Assembly (NCBI RefSeq): GCF_964355755.1
Contig: NC_092680.1
Location: 2,542,001 to 2,606,000 of the forward strand
DNA: 64,000 bases
DNA from: Antedon mediterranea
Taxonomy: Eukaryota; Animalia; Echinodermata
Direction: 5' to 3'
In this document: in pieces, positions 1 to 11,172 of the stretch
Position numbering within the stretch: position 1 is the stretch's first letter
How the letters are laid out: each line of letters begins with the position of its first letter
Notes under the pieces: model-generated
What the model was told of the DNA's origin: nothing
Seen by the model: only the letters and a program-made list of their open reading frames with translations
Database searches by the model: none
Made by a program: the position numbers and the translations under genes

Positions 1-239
1 CACAAATTATAAACTATTGCCTCTTGTACAAAAGTTTTTTGGACAAGTAATTCTCGTGAAAATGCAATTTCAGTTTACTTGTTACTTTAAGACTGCTCGG
101 CGGTTTTTTAAAATTGTCTCCTATCTTTCAACACCAGCAGGTCTGAAAATAATACTAAAAAGAGGTCCAGAATTGGAACCTGGTCCGGATTGACTCCAAA
201 ATTGAATGAAGTGGTCATTGACCACATCTGTATTTTCAT

Positions 240-340
240 TTTGGTAAAGATCTTGCAATAACTTTTTGAGTAATCCTGCTAACAAACAAACAGACACCTT
301 ACGCGATCGACTACATTATACCTCTTTGGTGGAGGTAAAT
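240..340. repeat. End of a probable Helentron/HINE-like non-autonomous element
   Basis: Short ACAA/ACAG microsatellite followed by a terminal hairpin-like motif acctctttggtggaggtaa (320-338), the arrangement seen at HINE-type element ends. Confidence 0.35.
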
Positions 341-361
341 TAACAAAATGACCGTTTAACA

Positions 362-622
362 ACACGTATGTCATGGGTTCGAACCCCACGCTGGTCGTGG
401 CGGAATAGAGTTAAAGGTATGCAACCACTCTGTTTGGGGTTCACAGAATTATATGTCCCCCTTTCCACCACACATCGTAAGAAGGCACTAGCAATGCACC
501 TGTTGATGATGTGGTGGGACGGATAACCCCAAGGCTGTGGCGCAGGGCCTTAGTGCTGAGGCAGGGAGAGCACACTTTACATCTTTTTTTGGCTTTCGCC
601 ACCTGTATTTGATAAATTAAAT
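362..622 (+). mobile_element. 5'-truncated tRNA-derived SINE fragment
   Basis: Pol III B-box GGTTCGAACCC at about 376-386, followed by a GC-richer body and an AT-rich tail; no complete tRNA cloverleaf. Confidence 0.4.
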
Positions 623-1068
623 TATATGTTTAGCACCCTAAATTATAATGTCAGAAAATTTGCAAAAAGATACCGATGTCCAGTCAGACTAATCAAATTG
701 TTAAATGTATGTCGGAGGTTCTTCAGGTCCATAACATGCAAAATGTTTAAAGACTTAAATATCTAACCTAGTAGACAGAGCTTTATATATAGCCTCACTC
801 AAACATTCACTTATTTTTATTGTAATTTTATTCATATTAAAACACTATATATTACAACTTCTTTGAAATATAAATTTCTAACAGTAATGAATTAAATGAT
901 AAATGAATACGAGACATTAACATTTCTGTTGGAAATTCTTAATAATATGACAAAAATCCAATCCAGATAATCGCTTTCTTTCTTATACCATGAGACAGAT
1001 TCTGTAAAGATATGGTAGATGTGGAAGGAATTGAAGACAGAGATTTTTCCAACTAAAACACAGTTAAA

Positions 1069-4000
1069 TCAACTAATCTCTTTTTTTTCCATTATTGCAA
1101 CATCTTGCTGTTCTTCCCTCTTTGTGTCGGCTATTTTTACGGTACTTGATGTATCCATCGACTGAGATGGGGGTCTGAACTTGGCACCTGGTGGTTTGGA
1201 AGCCATGATTGATTCTGGCACAGGTATGTTAATGATTTCGGGCACCATCCATGCTTTCAACCATCCCACAAGTGGTGTGCTGCCCAAAGTGTAGTGGGTC
1301 TTCTTATGATAAAACAGTAAACCATCAAGCTTTGTCTAAATATAAAACAACAAAATCATTCTGTGTATTAAATGAGTCTACTGCCCTCAACTTTCATAAG
1401 TGGTGGTGCACAGTAGTAATGTTGTGTGTACATTTGATTTAGATCTTTTTGTACTGGTGGACATTATGGTTAATAATTGTTGATTAAAAGCCATACCTGA
1501 AATGGCATTGGGTTGGCCAATACTTCCTGTAAGTTGGTTTTCTCGCACACATAGTATGGTAGCGCTTCAAATTTGATCTAAGTAAAAAGAGTTTAATTAA
1601 ACTAGCTAAAACTACTTCCTAATGCCTAAAGCTCTGTCTACACTATCAAACTTCATGTGACAAAAAAATGTAGACATGATGTCATATCATTACCATATTT
1701 AGGCATATCACTACCATATTTAAGCAAATTTTTTTTTTATCAAACTAATTAGTGCAGACAGAGCTTAACATGATCTCTTTATTGTAAAATATTTACTGTA
1801 TATTACATATTATGTTTTGACAAAAGGCCAAATAACAAACAATTAATAATTTATATTTATTAAGAAATTATTTTCTGGAAATGAAGAAACTTAAATAACC
1901 TACAGGGTTGAGTTTAGAGACTTTTGTAACTTCTGTATTCTCTTGTATTTTACACTGTAACCAATAGAATCTGAACTCTGTGTCACAATCATACACTGGA
2001 TGGCCACCCCAACACATCACATCTAAAATATAGTATGTCTTTGACACTTCATCATATACACAGTCCAGTATAGTGTATTCTAATGGGAAAAAATAATTAA
2101 TTGTGGTTAATAAAAATGATTGATATTAGCGCAATATAATATATACATATAATGAATGTTTATGAGTTGAATAGGAAAAATATTCAACAAATATTCTTCC
2201 ATTCAATGAATACAAAACATTTATTTATCTGCATCACCTACTTTTCTAAAGAAAACTTTATCCAATTAATGCAGCCCATCCATCTATATTTATGTCAAAG
2301 TTATATAAAGACTGCAGCCCCTACTATGTTGAAATGGCTATCTTTTGACAAAATATGTTTAATATTTTGACACAGACACAACACATGCTTGAACCCACAC
2401 TTCCATTCCATTCTGTCATCTCTCAAACTATCATTAACTGTATTTTATTGTTAACCGTTTTTGATGTTGTATTGTTTTATGTTTCAAAACTGTTAGTGGC
2501 GGTATTTATCGCTGTTGGTTTTGATTGAATAAAAATTAAAAAAATAAAAATAAAAATAAACAATAGTTTTTTTTATATACAAAGCTTGTATTCTATCAAA
2601 AAGAAATATATTATAATGCATATTGCTATTTTCTTACGAGATATTGTTCGACTTGACGACCGATTTCCACCAGGAAGATTAGAGTGAAATCTTTTGATAC
2701 AATAGCCACTTTTGGTATAGGCCGCTGTCCTTCCCTGTACAGATATAATCATTCCTTTTTATACAATAAAAAATTTAATTAAATTTCAATTAGCTTTTGA
2801 AGAATACCCAGTCATATTATATATAAATTTAACCAGAGTGTATGGCTGAGCAGTTAAGACAGTGGAACTGCAATCTATAGCCATAACATCGGAAAAGATT
2901 CGAGGCTCACTCACTCCTTGGTTCTAGTGGTAGAACAAGTCTTCTCGGATAAAGACTACAAACTGTACGTCCAGTGTACACATCTAGCTTATGTGCACTT
3001 TAAAGAACCTAGTACATCTTTCAAGATGAGTAGGGGGTTACCCCGGTGTATTAGTAGGGGGTTACCCTGGTGTATTAGTAGGGGGTTACCCCGGTGTATT
3101 AGTAGGGGGTTACCCCGGTGTATTAGTAGGGGGTTACCCTGGTGTATTAGTAGGGGGTTACCCCGGTGTACTAGTAGGGGTAACCCCGGTGTATTAGTAG
3201 GGGGTTACCCCGGTGTATTAGTAGGGGGTTACCCTGGTTTACTAGGATACACACAGCAACTGATCATAGTTGGGCCCTCTGGGAGACCAGTCTTTGACTG
3301 AACAGGTTACCCAGTATAAATCAATAACAAATTCAAAATATATATCACAATATATTACAATACTGTACATACCTTTGACGCTACTACTAAGTTCCTTTTA
3401 CCAGTTGGACAAAACACCATAAGCCATTCTTGCTCAAAATCTGATGGTACATCCACTAACCATTCTGAGAGCATCAACTATAAACATAGCATACTTCAAG
3501 TTACCCTTGATAGATTTGTTGACTAAAACACTAACAAATTATTCTATTTGGGAGTGATAATACTGCAATATATTTCAAACTGAAAAAAATAAATAAATAC
3601 AAAACTACTGGCGATTTCAGGAAGAGTTTGAATTTTAAAGGCCATATATTTTTAATGATTAAAAAAACAAAATTTGTACAAAGTCCCTGACAACAACAAA
3701 TTCTAAATTACAATATTATTTATTTATCATCAACCCTTTATATTACCTGACACGGTCTTACCTGATTTGCATAATAATTTTTATGTTTGCGCTCCTCTAA
3801 CGTATCCATTTCCTCGCTATCATCAGGTTCCTCCTCTTCCCAGTCATTTTCAGCTAATCTTCTGGCATAATTTGCAAAATCTAATCTCTTTCTGAAAAAA
3901 TGAATAGTAGAGATTAAAGAAAGTAATCATTTCTGAGGTCCTCTAGCAGACTATCACAGTCCTAATTCTGTAAATGTCAATTAAACCATGCATTGTGCTA

Positions 4001-4417
4001 ATAAAGCTTCAGTTTTTCAAGAACTTTTTAACTCTTGAAACAAAATAAAAATATTGGCAAGTCCTCATGTCTAATCCAGTGCTTTTGTAGTAAGGAGGGG
4101 TGAATACTGTTATTGACGGAAATTACTTATTACACAATTCAAGTAAGATACACAGTGTCGGTGCACATAGCAAGTGATTGTTACCCAGGCCCTTCCCACA
4201 CTACAGTATGTCATATGACACAGGAACAATACAGATATATTGGTGCAACTGATTACTGTTTTTGATTCTGTAGTCTGCTTCTACGACGTTCTTCCTGCAA
4301 TCCAGAGCGGTCTTCTTTGCTTTTATACTGCGCAAGTCTTGGATGCGATGCTGCAGTTGTGTTGTCTGATTTTGTTACAGAAAATGATGTAGCGAGTTGT
4401 TCTGCCAAATCCTCCAT
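1069..4417 (-). CDS. SNUPN: Snurportin-1 (m3G-cap snRNP import adaptor), 7 coding exons
   Basis: Exons at about 4417-4257 ([14 protein letters not shown]...[10 protein letters not shown]), 3891-3762 ([17 protein letters not shown]...YANQ), 3478-3373 ([11 protein letters not shown]...[13 protein letters not shown]), 2737-2636 (AAYTKSGY...LPGGNR), 2080-1903 (YTILDCIY...[10 protein letters not shown]...FRFYW), 1577-1497, and 1335-1069 (LDGLLFYHK...GSTPLVGWL). These match recalled snurportin-1 motifs; GT-AG boundaries. Confidence 0.95.
1630..1765. mobile_element. PIF/Harbinger (Tourist-like) MITE, family A, representative complete copy
   Basis: TIR AGCTCTGTCTACACTATCAAAC...; TAA flanks on both sides; internal 21-bp CATATCACTACCATATTTGGG units. 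Other copies start near 6575, 7368, 12812, 14155, 14723, 22377, 29341, 38036, 42205, 42735, 43470, 44751, 45673, 46267, 47083, 47659, 50423, 51165, 53571, 55579, 56417, 57249, 58947, 59513, 60777 and 62999. Confidence 0.8.
2834..3330 (+). mobile_element. tRNA-derived SINE with Deu/Nin-like core, in a SNUPN intron
   Basis: A-box-like TGGCTGAGCAGTTAAG head. Core cttctcggataaagactacaaactg...ttaaagaacc...gagtagggggttaccccggtgt resembles the recalled DeuSINE core. A-rich tail. Confidence 0.6.
3029..3238 (+). repeat. 24-bp minisatellite (about 9 copies, AGTAGGGGGTTACCCCGGTGTATT)
   Basis: Directly visible tandem units; they produce the SRGLPRCI repeats of the spurious ORF 2918..3301. Confidence 0.95.
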
Positions 4418-4597
4418 GTTTTCTGTGTAACAAAAATATTGAAAACATCAGTTTCTGGAAAAAAGGGGGAAGGTGAGAAACTGCATTAGCATCAACATTT
4501 ACAATATATATCGTGCGCAGCATTAATATTCATTATTTTTTTAGAAATAAAAACATAAAATACAAAATATACTACTAGGTAGTACTAGAGAGAAGAT

Positions 4598-4737
4598 ATT
4601 AATGACAATGCTGTGGGTATCAGTTGGCTGGATCTCAATGGAGATACAAAAAAAAAGCGAAAAACTAAATCAAAACGATAAAGTAAAACAGCCAGAAAAG
4701 TTAGCTGAGCTTTCGGGCAACACTAGCCCTTTATCAT
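4598..4737 (-). repeat. Dispersed repeat, probable Penelope-like element fragment with a degenerate minimal hammerhead motif
   Basis: A second copy lies in the opposite orientation at about 61531-61630. The minus strand reads aTGATAAa-GGGC-tagtgtt-GCCC-GAAA-GCTC. Confidence 0.5.
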
Positions 4738-4751
4738 AAGTGCAAGTGGTA

Positions 4752-4782
<31 letters not shown>

Positions 4783-4814
4783 AATTGAGACCACCAGGTG
4801 TATATATATATATA

Positions 4815-5623
4815 TGTTATGCGCGATTTGAACGATTTGCGCAATTTGAAATTGCGCAAAAAAAATCCTTGCGCAATTTGAATTGAAACATGTGTTTCAA
4901 ATTGCGCAAGCAACGTATTAAATTGCGCAAGTAATCTGCAAATTGCGCAAGGTTTTTCGACAGATTGTGAAATCATGCACACCCATATTTTTATAGTATT
5001 TAATTTCTAAGAATGATTCAAAATTAAAGATAAATATCGCATTTCCTTATTTTAGTAGTGCAAATATTGTTATAAGTTAGCATACCGTCGAAGAACCGAC
5101 GAAGGAAAACGAAGCGGTGGTGTTCCACCAGGCGGGCGCGGCGCGGGCGGCCGGCTATACTAGGCCTACTCTAGCCTAGCTAGGGTCTGGACTACTGATA
5201 CTGACTAGGTTACATGGCCTAGCTTAAACTAATATTAAAAACTTAAAAAGTGAGTATTAAACATTATCTTCATTGAAATGGTCTTATTTATATAATAAAA
5301 TACTAAATTTTAAACTCCTCTGCCTAGGCCTAGCCTAGCCATGTATGGGAAAATTTACAGTTCGTTTTCAAATTGCGCAAAGGTGTCATATTGCGCAAGA
5401 ACTATCTTGCGCAATTTACAAATTGTGCAGCGCAATTTAAAGTTGCGCAAAGATTTTCTTGCGCAATTTGAAATTGCGCAAGTTGATTTCGCAATTTGAA
5501 ATTGCGCAAAAAAATCCTTGCGCAATTTTAAATTGCGCAAGAATTCTTTGCGCAATTTCAAATTGCGCAAGGATTTTTTTGCGCAATTTCAAATTGCGCA
5601 AATCGTTCAAATCGCGCATAACA
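4815..5623. mobile_element. Foldback-type non-autonomous DNA transposon inserted in (TA)n
   Basis: Termini TGTTATGCGCGATTTGAACGATTTGCGC... and ...GCGCAAATCGTTCAAATCGCGCATAACA; long inverted arms built from TTGCGCAA palindromes; TA repeats on both flanks. Confidence 0.85.
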
Positions 5624-5736
5624 TATATATACATCATAATAAATATTGTCCCTACATACTACTACCAGCCTCCCTTCCCTACACACTCTATTTTACAGAC
5701 ACTTCCTTAAATGAATTGTGGGCATAGGTCTACTTA

Positions 5737-6314
5737 CATAGGCCTAGCCTAGTTCAATGATATTCAAGCAACCCTTATCATCCCCCTTAATTCACTACAC
5801 AGTAAATGCGACCAAAGAATATAAATTCTGATATAATATTCTTTGAGATGCAACCTTCTTCTTTCACTTTCTCCACATGTTGTTGGCGACGGCGACGACG
5901 ACGATCCAGGAACGTGTGGTGAGTCAGTCAACCATATCCTGTACTCTGCGACCACGTCCATTTATATAGACAGGGACATTGATCAAGTACTTGTCCCACA
6001 CAATGATGTAATTAAAATATAATGTTTTTCAAATTTATTGTAATATAAATCGAATGCGGATTTTAAAATATTATGTATCTATAATGAGAAATGATTATTT
6101 TGTTTCAAGAAACTGCGTACAGCAATTAAAATAGAATGAATAATTATATTCACCGTTGTAATAATAGTATATTCCATTTTTATGACGTAGTTGTCACAAG
6201 ACTGCTCTCAAAAAAGAAATTACGACGATCGCAATATCACGGGGGAAACCAGACATTTCTTCTGTTTTGCTTGCTTGTGACAAACCTGAAATTCAGTAAA
6301 TCGCTACCAAAACC
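5737..6314. promoter_or_regulatory. Probable bidirectional promoter region of SNUPN and TSPAN3-like
   Basis: Head-to-head genes. Minus-strand donor GTAAGT at about 5736 for a non-coding SNUPN exon; TATATAAA on the minus strand at about 5961-5968; CpG-enriched relative to flanks. Confidence 0.55.
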
Positions 6315-9300
6315 ATGGGTCTTTGTACTGCTTCTGCAAAGTTATTCTTAACTCTACTTGGCTTGTGTTTTACAGTATGTTTAAAATATTGATCTGTAGT
6401 ATTATAAGGAACAATTTGTTGCATAATTATTAGTTGTCTTCTAATTAGATTTGTTGACCGTGTCTTTCTTTCAATGCTAGGCTAGCCTAGGAGGTACAGT
6501 GGCAGTAGGCCTCTCGGACCCGGTTATAGGCTTACTTAGGCCTAGGCTGTAGACTAGTAGTAGATCGTCGTGACTGTCCATATATGGGCACATCACATAA
6601 AGTTTGATAGTGTAGACAGAGCTTTAAATTAATCAATCTTTGCAGGTTGCAGCAGGATGTTTGATGTACGCTGGCATCATTGTGTTTGCTGGATATCAAG
6701 AGTATGATAAAATCTATGATGATCATTACGTGTGGGTGCCTGGTGCGACCATAATCACAGCTGGTGTTTTCATGTTTATTCTTGGCATCATTGCTTGCTG
6801 TGCAGCATGCAGAGAAAATAAATGTCTACTCGCATGTGTAAGTATATAAGTATAAATTAATAAGGTGATTTTTTAGTGAACGATGAGCAAAACAAAAACA
6901 TTTGAGAATATTTTAGTTTTGTTGTTATCATTGTTGAATCCCAGATAATGAATTAGTATGTGCAAAGGTTTCATAAAGTGTTAATTTTTAATATTTTATA
7001 AATATAATTGATTGTATTTTCTTTTTTTCCCCAGTTTTTCGTAGTCTTGCTGGTGATAGTAATGATGGAACTCACTGGCGCCATTGTTGCAATTATCTAT
7101 AAAGGAGAGGTATAACGCCATTATATTTTTTGAGAAATTGAAGAACTATTTTTTATTATCACAGATCATTTTAGACCATGATAGGCTTATGTCTGCATCA
7201 ATACAGCAACAAGTTAACCCTTCCTTGGCAAAACCCTTAATAAGGAAATGCTATGGCTAACACCTATGACACCCCTGTTTAGTGAACATTTGTTGGGTCC
7301 CAAAGGTGTCCCCTTAATAGAGGTTTTCTGTATTTCCTATTTGTATTCATTTTGTTTTATAACGTGAAGACCTTGTCTACACTATCAAATTTTATGTGAC
7401 AAAAAAATGTGATGTGCCCAAATATGGTAGTGATATGACATCATCATGTCCATATATAGGCACATCACATTTTGTTTGTCACATAAAGTTTGATAATGTA
7501 GACTGAGCTTAATATTTGGCTGACCACAGATAATTTTGCATTCCATCCCTGTGTGGGCTTATACTTCAATCAATTTAGTATTTCTCAATTGTATTTATTT
7601 TGTTTTATAAGGTTAAAGATGGTATCCTTACTGGCATGCACAAAACATTTAATGAGTATGGCACAGACAAGGAAGTAACAGATAGCATTGATGAAATTCA
7701 AGAAACTGTAAGTACAACAATTGTTAATTAAAATGGACCTGAAATGGACTTTTGATTTTCAAGAAATTCACACATGTTATTTAAATGTATCAAATTAACA
7801 CAAACCCATACAAATAAAAACAAAATGTATAGTATTTTGAGTAAAAACAAAATTTTAAGATACCATGGTAAATTAGCAAAAATTACTCACGCCATTGCAA
7901 TATTCTATTTCAACGGTCGTCGGAAGCCTCTATATTTACGACGTCACATATACACACGATGATATCGAGAGCGTGTATGCTGCCCGATAGTCAATGAATG
8001 ATCGACGGCGGCCTGGAAAGATACGCGAAGCGTTGACACTAATACTAATTTATTCAATATCTAATGTTGTTGAAATATAGGTCACTAAAATGTACTTCGT
8101 TTGTTCTAAAACCCGAATTTAGAAGACCTACCTCCCAAACCTTTACTAGGCCCCCAATCCAGCGCGCGGAGTCGATCCACCACCCACATCATGCGGCGAG
8201 GCTCCGTTTCATGTGCATCATCCAAGGACCAAAGCGATATCAACAACTTGCAAAATATGAATAAAATTCGTTTTCGAACTGCCTGACAAATAAATTATCA
8301 TCTCATATTACTAATTTAATTCTGAAAAACTAAAGAAACTAACACATTTTAGCAGTATAAATTATGAACGATATACAAAATACACGAACGGAAAATATGG
8401 ATACGCATCATTGTGCACGGAGCTGTATCCCGGACAACGTTGCCAGGCCAACTTCGGTATTGCCAGAAAAAAACCGTTGATTTTAAGATTTTAAATCGTC
8501 ATTTACTCGATGAATAACCGTTTATACGGTAATAATTTTATCTAAAAAAATTCTAAATACGTTTCTGCAAATGCACAAGCATTTTTTAGAAAATACTCCA
8601 TAGATTGCAAGAGTTATAGCCAAAAAACTGCAAATTGTCCATTGGAGGGATAGGAATATATTCGCAAAGTGACGTCACCCGTGAATTTTTTTGATTTTCA
8701 AATGGGGCTTTCCCCAAAAGGGCCAATTTATATTTTGTAACAATATACATTCTAGCAACACCTAATAGCCCCCAAAACATCATTCTAAAATGAAAAAAAT
8801 CGAAAATCCATTTCAGGTCCATTTTAAACATTAAAACGAAACTCTATATTTAGGACCAAGTATTCTTTTAATGCTTTGCTATTGTATTGCTTTTGTGACC
8901 AAATTTGGTCATATGTGTTTTTAAATTTCATCAATTTAATGCTGAAAACTCTTACATATTTTGGTATGGTATGCTTATAAAGTAAAACCTACATTTTACG
9001 TATGATACGGGATCGAAAGACGTACGTAAAACATGGGATTCGTAAATCGAGGTTGATCTTAAATTCACCCTAAATACAGAGGCTAACTCGTAGTCTGTAG
9101 TCCAGCTTGGCGCTTTTTGAAGTCTAACCAGATCCAGAATAAAATATTCTTTTCTTTCTACTTTCAGTTGGAATGCTGTGGAGTTGAAAACAGCACTGAT
9201 TGGGCAGATACCACATGGGGTAAAAAACATCTTTTACAAGTGCCTGGAAGTTGCTGCAAGAAGGGACAGAAAAACTGTAATGGATCAACCGCTGATATTC

Positions 9301-10209
9301 TGTTTGATCGAACTTATACTGAGGTATATTCATTATTTTAATTCTCCTATTTTGTTATCCATTCATTTGTTGCATTATGGAGATATTTGACAACCTGTAC
9401 CTATATCAGTGCTGTATAAACATATCTGTGCTCCATATACAACAATAACTGGCCAGTATCATAGGAATATTTGGTAATACAGTATCTCATATGTCTCGCA
9501 TTGCATGTGGTGTGTCTGTGTCATATACAGGACTTTAGAATATGTCTATAGTACTAGGCATACATGTGAAACACATGTGATGCTGTATTATGTTATTTTC
9601 CTATGATACTGAAGAAATATAGATGCAATACAGAGAACCGGGTGTAGCATGCACAAGGAAGTTTTCAAAACACTGTATTTGGTACATTATATATTGTTCC
9701 AACCAAAAAAATATATTGTGTCATCGTTTTGCGTAGTCGACAATATTGTTCTTTAATGTAATGTATTGTGGTATCTAAAATACAGGGATGTTACAGCAAG
9801 GTAGAGAGAAAGCTTCAAGATAACCTAAAAGTGATCATTGGAGTATCCGTTGGTCTTCTTGTCATTCAGGTGAGTACTACATTCAACTCTCGCATTTACC
9901 AGACTATGAAAACCACAAAATCTCTCAATACCAGACTTTTCTTGAGGTTTAAAAGGTCCTTGTTTTCTGTGCAGAATACCAGAAATATTATCCCAGTCCA
10001 TCGGTGTATTGGTAGTTGATTATATTTCAATTTTTCAGAAAATTGAGGTTCGAACACTTTCTCAGTGCAAGCACCTAAATAATAAAATATATTTTGTCTT
10101 ATTTTAGGTCGTTGGCCTCATCTTCTCATGTGTTCTGTTCTGCAATAGGAAGAAAGTTGCTTATGCAACATTAGACAACGAAGGCACTACACATGGATAC
10201 AGAGCTTAG
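6315..10209 (+). CDS. Tetraspanin, TSPAN3-like, 7 exons
   Basis: Exons at about 6315-6374 (MGLCTASAKLFLTLLGLCFT), 6646-6837 (...GIIACCAACRENKCLLAC), 7035-7109, 7612-7707, 9168-9323 (LECCGVENSTDW...VPGSCC), 9786-9869 (GCYSKV) and 10108-10209 (...YATL...GYRA*). Four TM segments, CCG and PxSCC motifs, C-terminal YxxL. Confidence 0.92.
7732..8823. mobile_element. Non-autonomous Kolobok-type DNA transposon (1.09 kb)
   Basis: TTAA at 7728-7731 and 8824-8827; about 28-bp TIR AATGGACCTGAAATGGA(C/T)TTT(T/C)GATTTT; RR...YY termini; no credible ORF. Confidence 0.8.
9454..9611. mobile_element. Small foldback MITE
   Basis: Inverted ends CAGTATCATAGGAA...TTCCTATGATACTG plus inner inverted arms; no clear TSD. 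Confidence 0.55.
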
Positions 10210-11016
10210 ACTACCTGAATTATGAATAAACAGGTTTAGGTTTACTAACTTTTATAATAGCCATCCCCTTGTATGTCAAAATTCCTATTTTGTCCAGTCT
10301 TTTTATGGTTTGCTGATCAATATTTTACTATAAATACTATTTAATAAATACGACACTGTAAAATGTATGTTATTGAGTACAGTAATATGTTTAAAAACAG
10401 ATTTTTGCATAATATTTTCTGTAGATGAAATGTTTTATTCCATGTAATTTAGTAGAATTTAGTGCAATTATTTGTTACACCTTGCTTTGCAAACAGAACA
10501 GGACGATATTCATCCCAAAAATTGAGGAATTATAATTTTTAGAAATTAGTACTTTTTTTATCCTATTTTTGATAAAGCACATAGAAAGGTTACCGTAAAT
10601 TAAACAGTTGTGTAATAAATGTAATACGTCTACATAATTAAACAACATTATATAAAATGCATTTAGTTATTGAGAAATAATTTCATAGATAAATTGTAAA
10701 AGTACTGTTCATCTGTTAATCATGGACCTATACTTTATAGGTCCATGGTTACACTTTCAGAACACGATTTATATGCGAGTCTAGCATCTGGTCACAGAAA
10801 AGGAACTGAAGCATGTGAAATAGTAATATTATTCAATTTACTAATTTATCACTACAGTTTTATACAAAAAATAATGCAACTTTAAAATATATATGGTGTT
10901 GGTGTTAATACTTATGTTTATACAATTTTAGTTAATTTACTGTATTATATACAAATTAGTTCTGGTACCCATTTCAAGTGTATGTAGGCTATATCCCATT
11001 GCTGGTGGCTGCCTCT

Positions 11017-11172
11017 CAGTGGCGTAATGGCTATGAGCACTCACTGGCAAAACCCAGGAGCCCCAGAGCTCAAGGGGCCTCAGAACATGAGCAGTCCAAT
11101 GCAACTACCCAGTGTTGGAGGGCCCTTAGGAGTGCTAAACCAGGGGCCTTTGCCCTGTGCGTTACCCAACTG
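11017..11172. mobile_element. hAT/P-type MITE (family B)
   Basis: Ends CAGTGGCGTAA...TTACCCAACTG; 8-bp flanks CTGCCTCT/CTGCTTCT; related copy at 54490-54612. Confidence 0.7.

Noticed and set aside
4734-5727. Several overlapping ORFs with LRNFKLRK/LAQFEIAQ repeats
   Set aside because: Translations of the TTGCGCAA repeat arms on both strands.
5764-5961. 65-aa minus-strand ORF upstream of SNUPN as an N-terminal exon or uORF
   Set aside because: SNUPN has a complete conserved N-terminus at 4417. This ATG abuts a TATA-like box and probably lies upstream of the TSS; no recognisable motif.
10721-10747. 12-bp-arm hairpin CATGGACCTATA-ctt-TATAGGTCCATG downstream of the tetraspanin stop
   Set aside because: Too short for a pre-miRNA; probably a tiny repeat remnant with no support for function.
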